From Carcharhinus amblyrhynchos (taxonomy: Eukaryota): a DNA stretch of 64,000 nucleotides. Both the position numbers and the translations under genes were made by a program. The DNA lies in assembly GCA_965287045.1 (NCBI GenBank), contig OZ336902.1, positions 12,896,001-12,960,000 of the forward strand, in the 5' to 3' direction. Below, piece after piece: positions 1-13,405 of this stretch. The notes under the pieces were generated by a model, which was given only the letters and a program-made list of their open reading frames with translations, ran no database searches and had not been told where the DNA came from. Numbering within the stretch: the first letter of the stretch is position 1; every line of letters begins with the position of its first letter.

Positions 1-1444
1 TGATTGAAATTTAAAGGGTGGCGTTTGTGTATTCACTGGGGTCCGAGTTGGAAGTGGAAAATGCTGAACAATGGGTAAAACCTTTGACCCTGGCCGAGAT
101 AAGATGTCTACAGTTGTCTTCATGAGGGCATAAATTATTTGTGTAATTTCCCAGATCAAAGATTTGAGAGCACAGGCTAAACCATTTTTTATTCTGCAAC
201 TTTTAATTGGATCTCCATCCTATTTTTCCTTCAAATTTTCCTGAGCTCTCTTCCAGGGGAATGTTTGTTTCAGGGCTGGTAAAATGGGTTAGAGCTTGTA
301 GCTTTCACTGTTCTCTTCATAGGCAGAGGGGCCCATGCTTGGAATGTAAAGTCTAAATGCACAAGGAATTAATATCATCAGATCTTCCTGGTAAAGCTAG
401 CAGAAGCAATCGTTTGACGCTAGAATCATCGCAAAGTGAGTTCTGGGAGTCTTAAGTGGCAGACTTGGAAACTGAAGAGTCAAACTAAATTCCTGTGGCG
501 CACTTGGCTTTGATCCAGGAGAAGATCCTGAGGATCCTTAAAAATCATGTAATGACTAGAGGAACACTTGGGTGGAATTGGAAACAGAGCAGGAAGTGGC
601 CTGGTGAGATTTTGGGTTTCAAGTTATAAGGGTTTACAAAGCATGTTGTGTACTTGTTTAATTCTTGTGCAGTTTTTTTTTGGTTTAAAACATGAAGTTT
701 TGTGGTGCAGTTACTTTCAATTAATAACTGGGAGTTTGAATTTCTTTTTGAAAGTTAATAGTCATGGGAGAATTGCACCATGCATATTCATTAGTGTAAT
801 TGCAATTCTCCAGTCACGAGTTGAAATGCATTATGATCTGAACAACAGCTTGCTTCACACTGCAGGAAGGGAGGAACAGGAATTGCGCAATTCCACCTGC
901 TTTACAGTATTTTTGTCTATCTCCATCACCCCCCCCTGCCCAAACACCATACTGATGATAATACAGTATAGTCCCCCCACCATATTGATGCTATTAAGGT
1001 ATAGTCCCATGAGAATGCAATTTCATTCCCATTGCTTAGTAACCATCCTTTTTTACTCTGCTACTTCTAATTGGATCACCGTTTTATTGCCTTCAAATTC
1101 TCCTGAGCTCTGTTCTGGGAATTTGTATTAGTACTGTTAAAATGGGTTGAGAGCTTATATCTTTCACAGTGCTGTTCATAGGCAGTTATAGTTGCACAGT
1201 TCCTGCTTTGGATGAGTGTCTTCATGCTATTCCTGTCCTAAAGAGAGAGCGTGGACATCAGATCCTTTCCCCTCTTCTCCCCACTAATATAGCAAAATAA
1301 GTTTCCTTATCCATGGACAATACTTCTCAGACGTATGTGATTCTGTTGTTATTTCTTGAAAGGGCTTGCTAACTCTAATATCAAACAAGGGAGAACTGGA
1401 TGGAATTCCATTGTATAAAAACATCCTATTGCTGTCCTAATTAT

Positions 1445-1850
1445 TAGCTGTGGCTCAGTTGGTAGTGCATTTGCCTCCCAGTCAGACGATTGTGGGTTCA
1501 AGTTCCACCCCAGAAGCAAAAAAGCATGATTTGCTGCACTGATGGTGCCATTTTTCAGATGAGACATTAAATTGAAGCACTCTGTCCCTTTGGTGTGAAT
1601 GCTTAAAAAAAATCTGCAATACTCTGAAGACTAAGGGAGTTATCCCTTGCACATTGGGCCAATACTTGTCCTTCATTCAATATCAGCAAAAACACATTAT
1701 TTGATCGTTATCGTGCTCCTGTTTGTGGGAATTTGCTGCGTGCAGCTTAGGCTGCTGTATTTTCTACATTAAAATAATAAATAGACTTCAGTATTACTTC
1801 ATTGGCTTTAGAACATCCTATGATTGTGGAAGGTGCAAAATAAATACTTG
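1445..1850 (+). mobile_element. tRNA-derived SINE (Deu-domain/SacSINE-like), degenerate
   Basis: A-box/B-box-like head gtggctcagttggtag...gggttcaagttcc; core 'tcagatgagacattaaa'; related copy on the - strand at ~24160-24560. Confidence 0.65.
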
Positions 1851-2600
1851 TCTTTGTTTCAAGGACGTACACAATATGCATAATACTGTATTACACCATT
1901 GTACTATCAGCCTTGTCAAATGATTAATAAACAATATGATAGCATGACTTCTGTACTAGTGGCTCCATTTTGCCATTAAATATTGACAGTGATATGTAAT
2001 TCTGTGAAATTGTTCTTGTAACGTAGTTAAATGCTCGTTTACTGTGGGTGGCTGGGTGCGCACGCTTGCGTATATAGATGCTGTTTTAATTGTTCAGTGG
2101 AGAATGGATGAAAAATGTGTCCACTTTCCTTTGGGGCAAGAGAAGCAAATTGCCTCCACTCCCTTTTTACCAAAAGCTGTTTGTTTCATGAAGCAACAGT
2201 TTCATTAGGGCAGATAGGTCCTGTGTGGTACTTCCAGTGATGACATAAATTGACTAGATGGAATACCTGGGCAATCCTGAAGAGGCAGGGGTTGTGTTCA
2301 GTTACAAGCAGTGTGTGCAGAACACCAAAATTAAGAAAGACTGGTATCTTTTTGGGTGTAAACATGAGAGCTGGCACTAAAGCCATACTTCGAGCAATTG
2401 ACTTTTTTTAATTCCTGAAACTACAGTGCCTGGCGATGCATCTAGGTTCCTGGTATTCGATGGCTAATTCATTAATACCTCTATCTAGGCCAAATGCGTG
2501 GAGATTCATTAACAGTTTGCCTTGGATATCTAATAGACATGGAATGTCAAATCTTTAATTCCACTCTCTTCTCATTGCAGGTTACCAGGTGAGGTCTACA

Positions 2601-2648
2601 ATGGGATCAATGGTATGTCGAGTGAAAGTGGTCCAGGGAAGAGACTAA
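2601..2648 (+). promoter_or_regulatory. Out-of-frame upstream ORF (15 aa, [15 protein letters not shown]) overlapping the BRD4 start codon
   Basis: ATG at 2601 and an in-frame ATG at 2610, inside the spliced exon, 14 and 5 nt upstream of the main ATG (2615); stop TAA at 2646-2648. Confidence 0.6.
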
Positions 2649-2899
2649 GAAAATTACCAGCGATGGGGGATGGCCTAGAAAGCACACAAATGTCTTCAAC
2701 ACAGTCACAAGCCCAGCCCCAACAACCAAGTAATGCAATCGGCAATCCACCCCCTCCTGAAACATCCAACCCTAACCGATCCAAACGGCTGACGAATCAG
2801 TTGCAGTTCCTGTCAAAAGTGCTCCTGAAGACGATATGGAAACATCAGTTTGCTTGGCCTTTCCAACAGCCTGTGGATGCTGTGAAGCTAAACCTGCCT
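2615..2899 (+). CDS. BRD4: BRD4 first coding exon (N-terminus and start of bromodomain 1); exon begins at 2581 after acceptor ...ctcattgcag
   Basis: Translation [27 protein letters not shown]...[23 protein letters not shown]...[21 protein letters not shown] matches the BRD4-specific N-terminus (human [22 protein letters not shown]). Donor CCT|gtaagt at 2900; 285 nt, phase 0. Confidence 0.97.
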
Positions 2900-3749
2900 G
2901 TAAGTTGCCTGCTTTCCTTTTGAATTTACCCATTTGCTTTATTTTACCAGCGAAAGTTTACAGAAAAATCTGAAATTATCAAATTTAAACTTAAATAAAT
3001 ATTTATTGCACCCTTTTCCACTTCTCTCCATCACCCATGCGTGTTCCCTGCTCACAGGCAGTTCCCTCTGCAAAATGAAAATAAGCCACTTTGATCTGTC
3101 CTGCCATTGATTCTTGTTTCCTCACGCATAATCTCTTGCACTCAGCCTTGCAAGGGAAGTACCTAGTGTCCAGTGCCTTTTCCCAATGGCTGATGAAGAA
3201 CATGAAATTGCACTACAATTTTCTGTTGTTGTTAGAAGATGACAAGTAGAGGCTTGGTGCTTCATGACACGATGAATGTGCAACAGGGTCAAGATTGACA
3301 TCAGCTGAAGTTTCCCCTGTTACTGACTTCGCCTAGAGAGGATGAATGCAATTTAGAGAGGTGTTTTTTTTTAAAGAAACCCTGATGAATTTTCTTGTGG
3401 TGATCAGTTTCTGGTCAGTGATTTGTTGGAAATGTGACTACATTCTAGTACCTCACCAGCCAGCTATTTTGAGTGCGCTTTGGTATCGACAATTTGACCA
3501 AATAGAGACATTAGTTTGTGTGTGTGTGGGGTGGGGGCCGGGGTACCTTTTCCTTCCATGTGAAATTCACATTCTGCAGCAGTAACTGGTCAGCAAATAT
3601 TGGAAGTCCTTGATCAGTGATTTGAAGCTAACTGTAATAGCCCCATGGCTCCAATTAAAATTAAACCTATTGTAAGTGTCAGTTTATCTTGACAGAGCAA
3701 AAGCCAAGAATATATCTTCAACCTCTCTTTTACACCAACCTGAGATCCC

Positions 3750-4995
3750 TACCTGCTTCAAGATGATGACCATTATCATGGTATCTTAATGTCCAGTGGC
3801 TCTGACATGCATCATTATGAAGTGCTTTGAAAGGCACAAATCAGTTACTGCCTCTCAGACTTCCTGGATTCACTACAGTTTGCCTATTGCCACAACAGGT
3901 CCACAGCAGATGCCATCTCCCTGGCCCTGTACTCAACTCGGGAACACCTAGATAACAAAGATACCCATGTCTGACTCCTATTCATAGACTACAGCTCAGT
4001 CTTTAACACCATTATTCCTATGAGACTTATCAAACTTTGTGGCCTGGGGCTTGTCTCCTCCCTCTGCAACTGCATCCTAGAGTTCCTAACTCCCAGATTG
4101 CAACCAGTAAGAGTAGGCAACAACACCACCTCCACGATCATCGTCAATACCAGTGCCCTGCAAGGCTGGGTCCTTAGCCCTTTACTATACTCCTTATACG
4201 CTGTTGACTTTATGGCCAAGTTCCCCCCCCCCGACTTGATTTTCAAGTTACCGATGATGCCACCATTTTGGGTTGGATCTCAAACAAAGACAAGACCCAG
4301 GAAAAAGAGAATCTGGTGCGACGACAACAATCTTCCCCTCGATGCCTAACAAAACGAAGGAGATAGTCAATGACTTCATGAAGCACAGTGGAGGGATGCC
4401 CCTGTCTACATCAATGGGGACAAAGTAGAAATGGTCGAGAGCTTGATTTTCATTGTCCAGATCAACAACGACCTGTCCTGGTCCCTGCAAACAGAATCGA
4501 TTGTTAAGAAAGCCCACCACTGCCTCTACTTTCTCAGGAGACAAAGGAAATTTAGCATGACTACAACTACAGCTCTCTCCAACTTCATAGAAAGCATTCT
4601 TTCCAGTTGTATCACACTTGGTACGGCTCCTCCTCTGTCCAAGACTGCAATAAACGACAAAGGGTCATGAATGAAATCCAGTCCATCACTCAAACCAGCC
4701 TCCCATCCATTGACACTGTCTATATTTCCTGCTGCCTCAAAAGCAGCCAACATAATCAAGCAACCCCGACGTTCTCTCTCCCACCACCTTCCATTGGGAA
4801 AAAGATACAAAAATCTGAGGTCATGTACCAACTGATTCAAGAACAGCTTCTTCCCTGCTGCCATCAGACTTTTGAATGGACTTACCTCACATTAAGTTGA
4901 CCTTTCTCTACACCCTAGCTATGACACTACATTCTCTCGTTTCCTCTCTGTACAGTATGCTTCGTCTGTATAGCTCAAGAAAAGATACTTTTTAC
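3750..4995 (+). mobile_element. 5'-truncated, frameshifted Rex1/Babar-clade LINE (reverse transcriptase remnant plus 3' UTR)
   Basis: Remnant peptides [94 protein letters not shown] spread over several frames. Confidence 0.85.
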
Positions 4996-5718
4996 TACAT
5001 ATTTGTGAAAATAATAAACCAAAGCTTCAGCCCATGATTCCCCTTGTAGCATTGAGGCATTGTTGCATTATTGGAAACGCTGTCTTCAGTTGAGATGGTT
5101 AAATATAAAAGATTGCATTGTACTGGTCGAAGACCAGAGTTTCTGCGGTTCCTGTAATCAAATGTTAACTGGTCACACTTCACAATTCGTGGGGTGTAAC
5201 AAATAGATTGCCGTATTTTCCTACATAACAGTGGCTGCAATTCAAAAGTAATAGTTTGAAGATATACAAAGGCAAGAATCTTAGTTCCAGTATAATAACC
5301 CAATTTAGGACCCCATAGAAATTTAAAATTCTATTAAAAAGATGCATTACTAAAGTCCCTCAACTGCTGGTTGTTGAGATGGATTGTGATCTGGTGGATC
5401 TGCGGCATCACCTTGATGGAGTTAAAAGTTTGGCTTGTGATTCACCACATGGCAAGCTCATGAGCCTGAGCAGCAGTGCAAAGCAAGCGTGTATGCGTCT
5501 TTCTCGGATGAATTATTTTATGCTTGTGCAAGCCATGTAGAGGGGGAGCTTAGAATGGTTGCCAGAAAGGCTGTGGTGGGGATGGGTGTGGAATAGAAAT
5601 GTGCAAGGATGTTATTTTAGAATAAGCTTTCCTGCTGCTGAGAAGAAACATCTTTTGAAATGCAAATAGTGGTGTTGAGACCTTGGAGTGAATGTTGTGT
5701 GCAGTCTAGGTGTATATA

Positions 5719-5771
5719 TAAGAACATAATAAGAACATAAGAAATAGGAGCAGGAGTAGGCCATCTAGCCC
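5719..5771 (-). mobile_element. CR1 LINE extreme 3' tail (~50 bp)
   Basis: Reverse complement matches the end of the CR1 copy at 14560-14590 (gatggcctactcctgctcctatttcttatgtt). Confidence 0.75.
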
Positions 5772-6429
5772 TATTAGAGATGTTGACAGACACAGCATGG
5801 ACGTGTAAGTATTGGGAACACTCAACTTGAGCAATTGATTATTCATGTCTCGCTAGCATTGTCAGAGCAAATAAATGCAAATGGCTTGTGATGTTAATTA
5901 ATTTGTTGTAATGGTAATTAATGGTAAACGGTTCTGCTCTAAAGATTTATTTAACATGAGTTTGGAAAGGAAGACGTTTTCTTCAAGAAAACCATTGATA
6001 TAAAACTTCCGTCAAATATATAATTAAAATATTTGTGCATTAGTGTGCTGCATCATTTGTCATAATGAAATGAATTTAGTGAAGTGCATTGGTTACTCTC
6101 GGATACTCCTCCCTTTTTTATTTAAAATCCTCAAAAATGTATTTTTCACTTTATACAAGTCACGCAACAAACTCCAGTACAGTACTGCAAGAACATTTTC
6201 AAACAAGTCCATGTGGGAAGAGGGAAAAGACAAAAGAGTTACCAACCCAGTTGATTCAGACTATTCGTATCCTGTGCTTCCCACTATACAAGTAGTAAAA
6301 GAATATGTATCCAAGGATCAGGATACACCCATTATTGGCTCTGCAGCGCACAACCAAGCTTGCAGGATAACAGTAACAGAACCGCAAAGCTTATGGAAAA
6401 CTGTGCAGGAGTAAACTAGGCAATATCAA

Positions 6430-9400
6430 GCCGAGAATTTTTAAGATAGAGAGCCTTACTTTTACTGAATGTATCTAATTTAGTTCAAAATAAAGAAGTC
6501 AAGAATTCCATTGATATACATTCCAGAATAAATTTTATATCAATTCTGAATTGAAGGGGGGTTATTACTAATCCATGAGCAAAGGATTTTTCTCCATGCT
6601 GCAAAGGGTAGGATTTTGTACAGCCTCTTCTCATTCACACTAATGCTTTTGTCTGGGAGACCCAGTATTAAATGCAAGCAATCTAACTGGAAGGTCACGC
6701 CAATACAGACTGGCATAAAAGCTCTTATAAGCTTTCAGACCTAAACAACCTCAAAGCCCATCACTTGAGTTTTATTTCTTCCTAGTAAGAAAAGCCAAAA
6801 ACCTAATGTTTATTCCAAAATTCGTGCAACTTCTGCATGGCAAATCTTAAACTCCCCTTTGCACGCTGGGTCGATTAAAAAATGCCCTAACTACACTAAT
6901 TTTCTTCAGCTTCACATGACAAGAATTCCTACTGTACACCCTCTCCAGTTCAGCTAAGTGGAATTCAAACTGCTGCTTTGGCCCTTATTAACTAACGCCT
7001 CTTTCTGGCTGAAAATAGATGACCAAACCTCTGGCCAAGGTCTTGCAGGCCTCCCACAGAATAGAGGAGTTCACATCAGAAAAAGTAAATGAATAAAAAG
7101 CATCAAATTTGGTTTTGAAATATGAGATGAATTTGTGACCTTTAAGTAAAGATACATCAAGTCTCCTAGGACCTGGACTGAAGGTAGGATCTCTTTGAGA
7201 AGAAATTCTAAAAAGAGACAAGCATAGTCAGAGATCACAATATTACCTAAATTCAGGAGTCATCTGATTGATCATGAATTCATCTCATACTTCAAGGGTC
7301 ATCTTTGGCTGAAAGTGAATTTTTAATCTCTGGGATGCAAAGTTCTCCACATCCAGAAAACCAGCCTCCCATCCATTGAATCTGTCTACACTTCCCACTG
7401 CCTCAGAAAAGCAGCCAGCCAGCAAGGATCCCACGCACCCCACGGGGAAAAAGCTACAAAAGTCTTAAGTCACGTAGCAACTGCCTCGAGAACAGCTTCT
7501 TCCCTGCCGCTGTCAGACTTTTGAATGGACTTACCTTGCATTAAGTTGCTCTTTCTCTATGTCCTAGCTACATTGCATTCTGCACCCTCCCCTTTCCTTC
7601 TCAATGAACAGTATGCTTTGTATGACGCGCAAGAAACAATACTGTTTACTGTTAATACATGTGACAATGATAAATCAAATCAAATAAGCTAAACCCAGTG
7701 CTTCAGCTTAATGTGTTGGAGGGTTCCTTGTAATGGAGTTTGTCAATTAGTATATTAAGGTGGTAATTAAAATTACCAGTAAAGGAATAACTGGGGGCCG
7801 TAAAATGGAGGATCATAAAGATAGAGTCGGGGGACCATAGACGTGCATTATCGACATACACTAGCCCCATGACAACTGAGCCACAAAAGATATGATATTA
7901 ATACAGGTGTTTAACTGCCATACTTGGGTGCACACCAACGGAAGCCTCTCCCCCTCCCCCTCTATATGTACCAGGATTACAAGATGAGAAAATAGATAAT
8001 TGCACAGCTCTAATACTGCACAACCTAGGAACAAGAAGTATGTCGCAGAATGCATTCCATTAAGATAAATGAATATTTCTGGGCGTATCAGAAAAACAAG
8101 TGAAAATTCACACAAGATTGCCCCTTACCAACCTGATAAATCACGTAACAGGCTCAAATTAAGAGATGGAATTAGAGGGGATACGTTCAGTGATTAATAT
8201 GACTCTAAGCAGAATAGTTGGCGAAATTTGCCTCCGTATCAGGATAATAAGCACCTGTTTGCTAGCATGCTCACTCGCAGGACTTCCCCTATCAATGTGG
8301 TAAATCATATAACAGACCAGTGAAGAGATGAAATAACAGGTAGAGGATAAATGAATGTCTTTGGACTTATCAGCACATTAGAAGTGAAGATTTGCTAGCA
8401 TGCTCACTCGTAGGATTGCCCCAAGAAATGTGATAAATCATGTAGCAGGATCAATTTTTAAAAAAATGCAATTAGAAGAAATGTTCAAGGATTAACGAAC
8501 AGCTGTTTAGAGTCATATTCTGCAGGATATTTGGCGACATTCACCTCGTGGCTCCATCACAGAATTGTCCCCATCAATGTGAAAAGGCACAGTATAGGAT
8601 CAACACAAAATACAGGTGGCACTGTACAGGGTTAATAAGGACTCAATCATTGCTTTTCACTGTTTTGAAAAAGCTGAAGTCTCTGCAGGCTCGTCAAATG
8701 CCCTAACAGACCCTTCAAAGGTCACCCTCAGGATAGTGCAGGGCATACTAAAATCTTCCAAAATTCTTCAAATGCTTCCTGACTGCGTTGAAAACCTTTT
8801 GTGTTTTTGCTGTACTGCTGCTGAGAAATCCTGGAAGAACAAGACCTTCACCCTGTCATTGAGCCAAGTCCCACCATGCCTAACAATCTCAAACTCTGGC
8901 GGACCCTGAAGCATGAGAAACATACAATGAGAGGTGGTAAACATTGGTTGTACTTGAACTTCGCGGATGGAATAACTTGTACCTCTTCACGCTTGATCCA
9001 GCCTGCCTTCGTGTTGCAGTTTAAAAAACGTTGCAGCCAGCCTTCAAAAAATTTAATTGGGAACCTGCCTTCAGTTCTCTGGAAAACCAATCAGAGGGAT
9101 ATTCTTCTCAGGACCCTTTTTTTTTCCCTAAATCTGGATATCTGACATATGAGGCAGCTGATTCTCTAAGGATTGCAGTCGAACCTCCAATGAAAGAAGC
9201 AGCATTTTCAACATTGAGAATTTAATCTTGCACCTCATCTATCTTCCGCCTCACTGAGCCCCTGACCAATGTTCTTCAGTTCATCCGACTGAGGTTCAAT
9301 GTTCTGTATCAAAACAGAGTTTGTCATCTATAGCTTTGTTTGCAGTCACCTCCTGAATGCTTTTGAGAGCGCCAGGTCACCATGTTGAGGGCTCAGCTCT

Positions 9401-9600
9401 GCCTGGGTATCTCTGACTGCTCCTTAACCACAAACTTTCTTGACAACACTCTGTATTCTTTCGTTAATACTCCCCCAAAAATGTTCCAAGGACACAGCAC
9501 TGAGTGTACACTCTTAAGATAATGTGATTATGAGCTGTGCATCAGGGTAAACGATTTTAAAATGAGCAGTGCCAGAGCATGCAGAATCAGGACTATTCTG
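6430..9600 (-). mobile_element. Degenerate L1/Tx1-like LINE (ORF1 remnant ~8620-9400; ORF2 5' remnant ~6430-7330), interrupted by other insertions
   Basis: Minus-strand peptides RRISL.LVFQRTEGRFPIKFFEGWLQRFL (L1 ORF1-like) and SSILWEACKTLARGLVI (L1 ORF2 'WE.K..RG.I' motif). Boundaries approximate. Confidence 0.55.
7353..7685 (+). mobile_element. 3' fragment of the same Rex/Babar LINE family, ending in (tcaaa)n
   Basis: Clear similarity to 4690-4990 (aaaccagcctcccatccattga...gaacagcttcttccctgc...cagacttttgaatggacttacct). Confidence 0.85.
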
Positions 9601-11449
9601 ACACTTGCATCATGTGACTCACGTTTTCTCTCCTTTTTTTAAAAAAACCTGCTTAAAAGCAGCCACTATTCCAAAACTCTGGCCACCAGATGTACCCTCC
9701 TTTGGCTGTCTCATTATTTGTTTGATTATGCTTCTGCGAAATGACTTGGGATGTTTAAACCACTTCTACAAATACCTTATTTTCTGTATTTTTCAAACCT
9801 CCTGGTATTTACTTCTGGATCATTCTTCATGCATGTGTTTGTTGGAGTTCACTTCAATTTTGTTCCAGTGTCTTGCAGCCACATGGTTTTCACAAGGCTC
9901 AGCTTGTCCACTATGCCTTTGCATAACTTTTCCAAACTGGTTGTAAGCATATTTAGTCACATTTTTTAACCCCTTTTTAAATTTTTTTTCTTTTTCATCA
10001 GCATGGTGTTCCAGTATTTTTGCTGCACTAGATATGTTGCACTGATGTATTATTTAAAGCTGTTATAATATTGTTGCTGAGTACAGCATGACAGCTAGTT
10101 AAAAGATTTGAGCTTACATGATCGTGGTTCTGGTGACCTAAAGCAGAGATTCTCTCCTCAGCTACTGTGCCCCAAGAGCATCAGCAGCAACACACACTGG
10201 TCTGTGTTTATGTTTGGCAAGATACTACAGTGTTTTAGTGTTACCTTCTGTAGATTCCGACTGACCAGGAGACTTTCTCGCCTTTACTGCCCAGCATCAG
10301 GTATATTGGAAGGAATTGTAGGCTGATAACCTGTTTGGCCACAATATAAATGCAGCTTCTGTGGCCATCCCAAGTTCTAGAGTGGAACTTGAATCCAGAG
10401 CCTCTGACTCTGCCTCTTTACTCACTCAATCAGAGATTCAACACAGGAATAGAAACTGTGTCCAGCCGATGGAGACCGCAGTGACAGGGAATACAATATT
10501 GAGAGTGTGAACTGCAGCAATATAAAATGGCCTTTGAGGGATACACTGGCCAGTGGACTGGTGAAACCAGTGCTGCAGTAATGGGAAGTCTGGATCGTTG
10601 TCCCCTCATAACTTTCTAACAGTAGATATACGTTGTCAAATTCTACTAAGATGATATTTTGGAGCTGCCCTCATTTGTTTTGGAGGAATGCTGATTCATA
10701 CTTTGCAGTAAATTCTAGTATTCTGCAATTCTGGTGTAGGTATGTCACTTCAAAACCACAAGATCTAATTGCTGAGCTACCTTGAGATTATTTACGAACT
10801 CATCCTTGGACAGGCCAGACTAGCTTTTGTATGTTCTCGTAATACCACTTATGAAAAGCAATTCAATGCTGTTTTTATGTCAGTGCAGCACTGCACAGAT
10901 TTGAACAATCTATTTTGCATTTTTACTGAAATTTTGGTAAATATACTTGGGTAAATAATTTGATATTGCAACACTTGTAAAATTGTTATGACTATATTTA
11001 AATAAGTGATGCGTTTGCAGCATTATCTGCTGTAAAACTATCTTATGGCAAATAACTTCACAAATGCATAATCTGTTTTAAGCGTAACAATCTCTGAATT
11101 TAAAGCTTTAACTGTTAATTGCAATGTGCTGCAAAAATGTATTGCCAAATTGTGTTTTCTGAAAAATAATAAAGATGACTTGTTGATTAAATGCAATATA
11201 GAGTGACATGAGTTGTCTGAAATGTGAGTTGGGCAGGGTAGATGGATGTCTTCTGGGCAGTGTATACAACAGCTTTATATTGGGTCATGTGGAATTTTAG
11301 TGAGACCACAAAATATAAAACCTTTGCATCCCCATTTTCACTCATCTTGTCTCAAAAATGCAGACTTAGGAACACATGTCCAGATACAACTTGCAGGTCT
11401 GCATAGCTTTGGTGCTGAGTAGTGCATCTACTGACTTGGCTGTGGAGGA

Positions 11450-12160
11450 ATTTTTTTTGTTCTTAATGTGTGAGTAAGGCTGGCAAGACTGTATGCTCAT
11501 TGCTAGTAGTTTCAAGCAAGTGGCTATCTCCTCCTTGAACCACTGAAACCCTTGAGGTGCCTCCACAATGGTGTTTGGTATTAAATTCTGGAATGTTGAT
11601 CTAATTGCTTTGAAAGAATAACTTTATGTCCATGTCTGGATAGTGTGTGACTTTGATCATGTTCATACTCCGTCATTAGCTTGCAGGGAACTGGGTGCTG
11701 ATGAAGTAACTTTGGTGAATTGCGATAGTGCATCACAGATTGTACTTACATATTGCATTACATACTACTAACAGAGAGGAGATATTGGGCGTGGTGGCAG
11801 GCGTTCAAGCAAGTTTCTTTGTACAGCATGATGGAGCTGCAGTTGCCCTACTGAATGGTGATTACTTGTTCACACTTCTGAGCCTTGTAGTTGCTGGTGA
11901 GGTCTTATAGTCATGAAGCAAGCCACTTATCCTGCCTAATGCCTTGCTGTTATAGCTATTGTGCAGATGTGGGCAGTTAAACATCTGGTGAGTGGTAATC
12001 CCCTAGACATGTTCATACGATGAGAGACTTGTCAGTGGTTATAATTTACAAAAGTTTCAACTGGACTTGCTCTCGCTATTCTCAGTATTTAATGCTTCAT
12101 TGGTGTTAACTGGCACTTAAGTCCAAACCTTCGTTATTGAGGCCTTTCTGTAGGCTGGTA
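11450..12160 (-). mobile_element. Old CR1-superfamily LINE fragment
   Basis: Shares diverged sequence with 40520-41250 (ccttgaaccact...ggtgcctccacaatggtgtttgg...). Confidence 0.45.
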
Positions 12161-13405
12161 TATGAACATATGAGACTGGTAATTCTACAGCCTCTGATTT
12201 GATCTGTTGCATATCATTTTTGTTCCCTTGTCTTGTGGCCAGAAAGTGTGTACTCAAAAAAAAAATGCTAGGACCATAGCAGATCAGTCAGTGCTTGTGA
12301 GTGAACAGAAGTTAACATTTTTGATTGTTGGTCCTTCAGAAAATATTCTAATTGTTCTGTGATATAGTTTGATGTTGGCTTTGTTTACTGTCCTACATTG
12401 ATTGAATATCTTAAGTGTAAAGTCTTAAGACATTTTCATAATAGCTATTTCAACAACCTGTATATTAAAGACTTGTTTTGTTAATGGATTTCAGCATCTG
12501 TCTTGTGGTCTTGATAGCTCCAGGCTAAGTTTTCTAGTCTATAGGCTTGAGTATGGAAAAGTTGACCTGAATTTGTAATACCACTGAAGTGTAAACATTT
12601 TTCACATGCCAGAATAACTTTGATAATACAAGATTTAAATATGTCAGTATGCATAGTGAGGATTGACTAAATTGGATTTTTCACCATTTATCTTACTTTA
12701 AACTGGTCATACTGTAGCGTGAGCAGAGCAAATGCAGCTGTTTATTCCCTGTAAATATTTTTAATATTGCAGTCCTTCCCAACTCTACAGACATGGGGCC
12801 AAATAAAGAAATACATTTTTGAATCTTGGGAAATTGCCGGGTTTGATTCAATGAGGAAAGCAGTTCTCTATTTTTCCTGATATTGTGCCAACTTCCTGAA
12901 ATTGGAACATATGACTAATCAACACTTGGGGAGAAAGGAATTTGAAAAGTTTCAGAAACTCTGACTATCTTTTTATTCTTTCATGGATTTGGGACACTGC
13001 TGAGTGGCAAGGTCAGCATTTGTTGCTCATGCATAATTGTCCTTGAGCTGAATGTCTTGCTAGACCATATCAGAGAACAGTTAAGAATCAACAACATTTC
13101 TTTGATTCTGGTGTCACAGGTAAGAATGGTAGATTTCCTTTCCCAAAGGGTATCACAACAATTGGTGGTCATTTCATGGTCACCATTACTGAGGCTAGCT
13201 ATTCAGCTCTAAATGTTTTATTTATTTGAGCTTCAATTCCACCAGCTGTGGTGGTGGGATTTTAATCCATGTCCCCAGGGCATTTGGCTGGGCCTGTAGA
13301 CTACTAGTCCAGTGATGTTACTGCATGCTGTTTCTCTCACATACCCACAGACACAGACACGCACACAATTTAAGTATCCAAACTTTGTGCCACAGCTTCT
13401 GTTTA

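Noticed and set aside
568-1131. 187-aa ORF
   Set aside because: Non-ATG start, no recognisable homology, and located in intron 1; most likely a chance ORF.
1445-1515. tRNA-like sequence (also at the V-SINE heads)
   Set aside because: These are SINE heads continuing into SINE bodies, with no complete cloverleaf.
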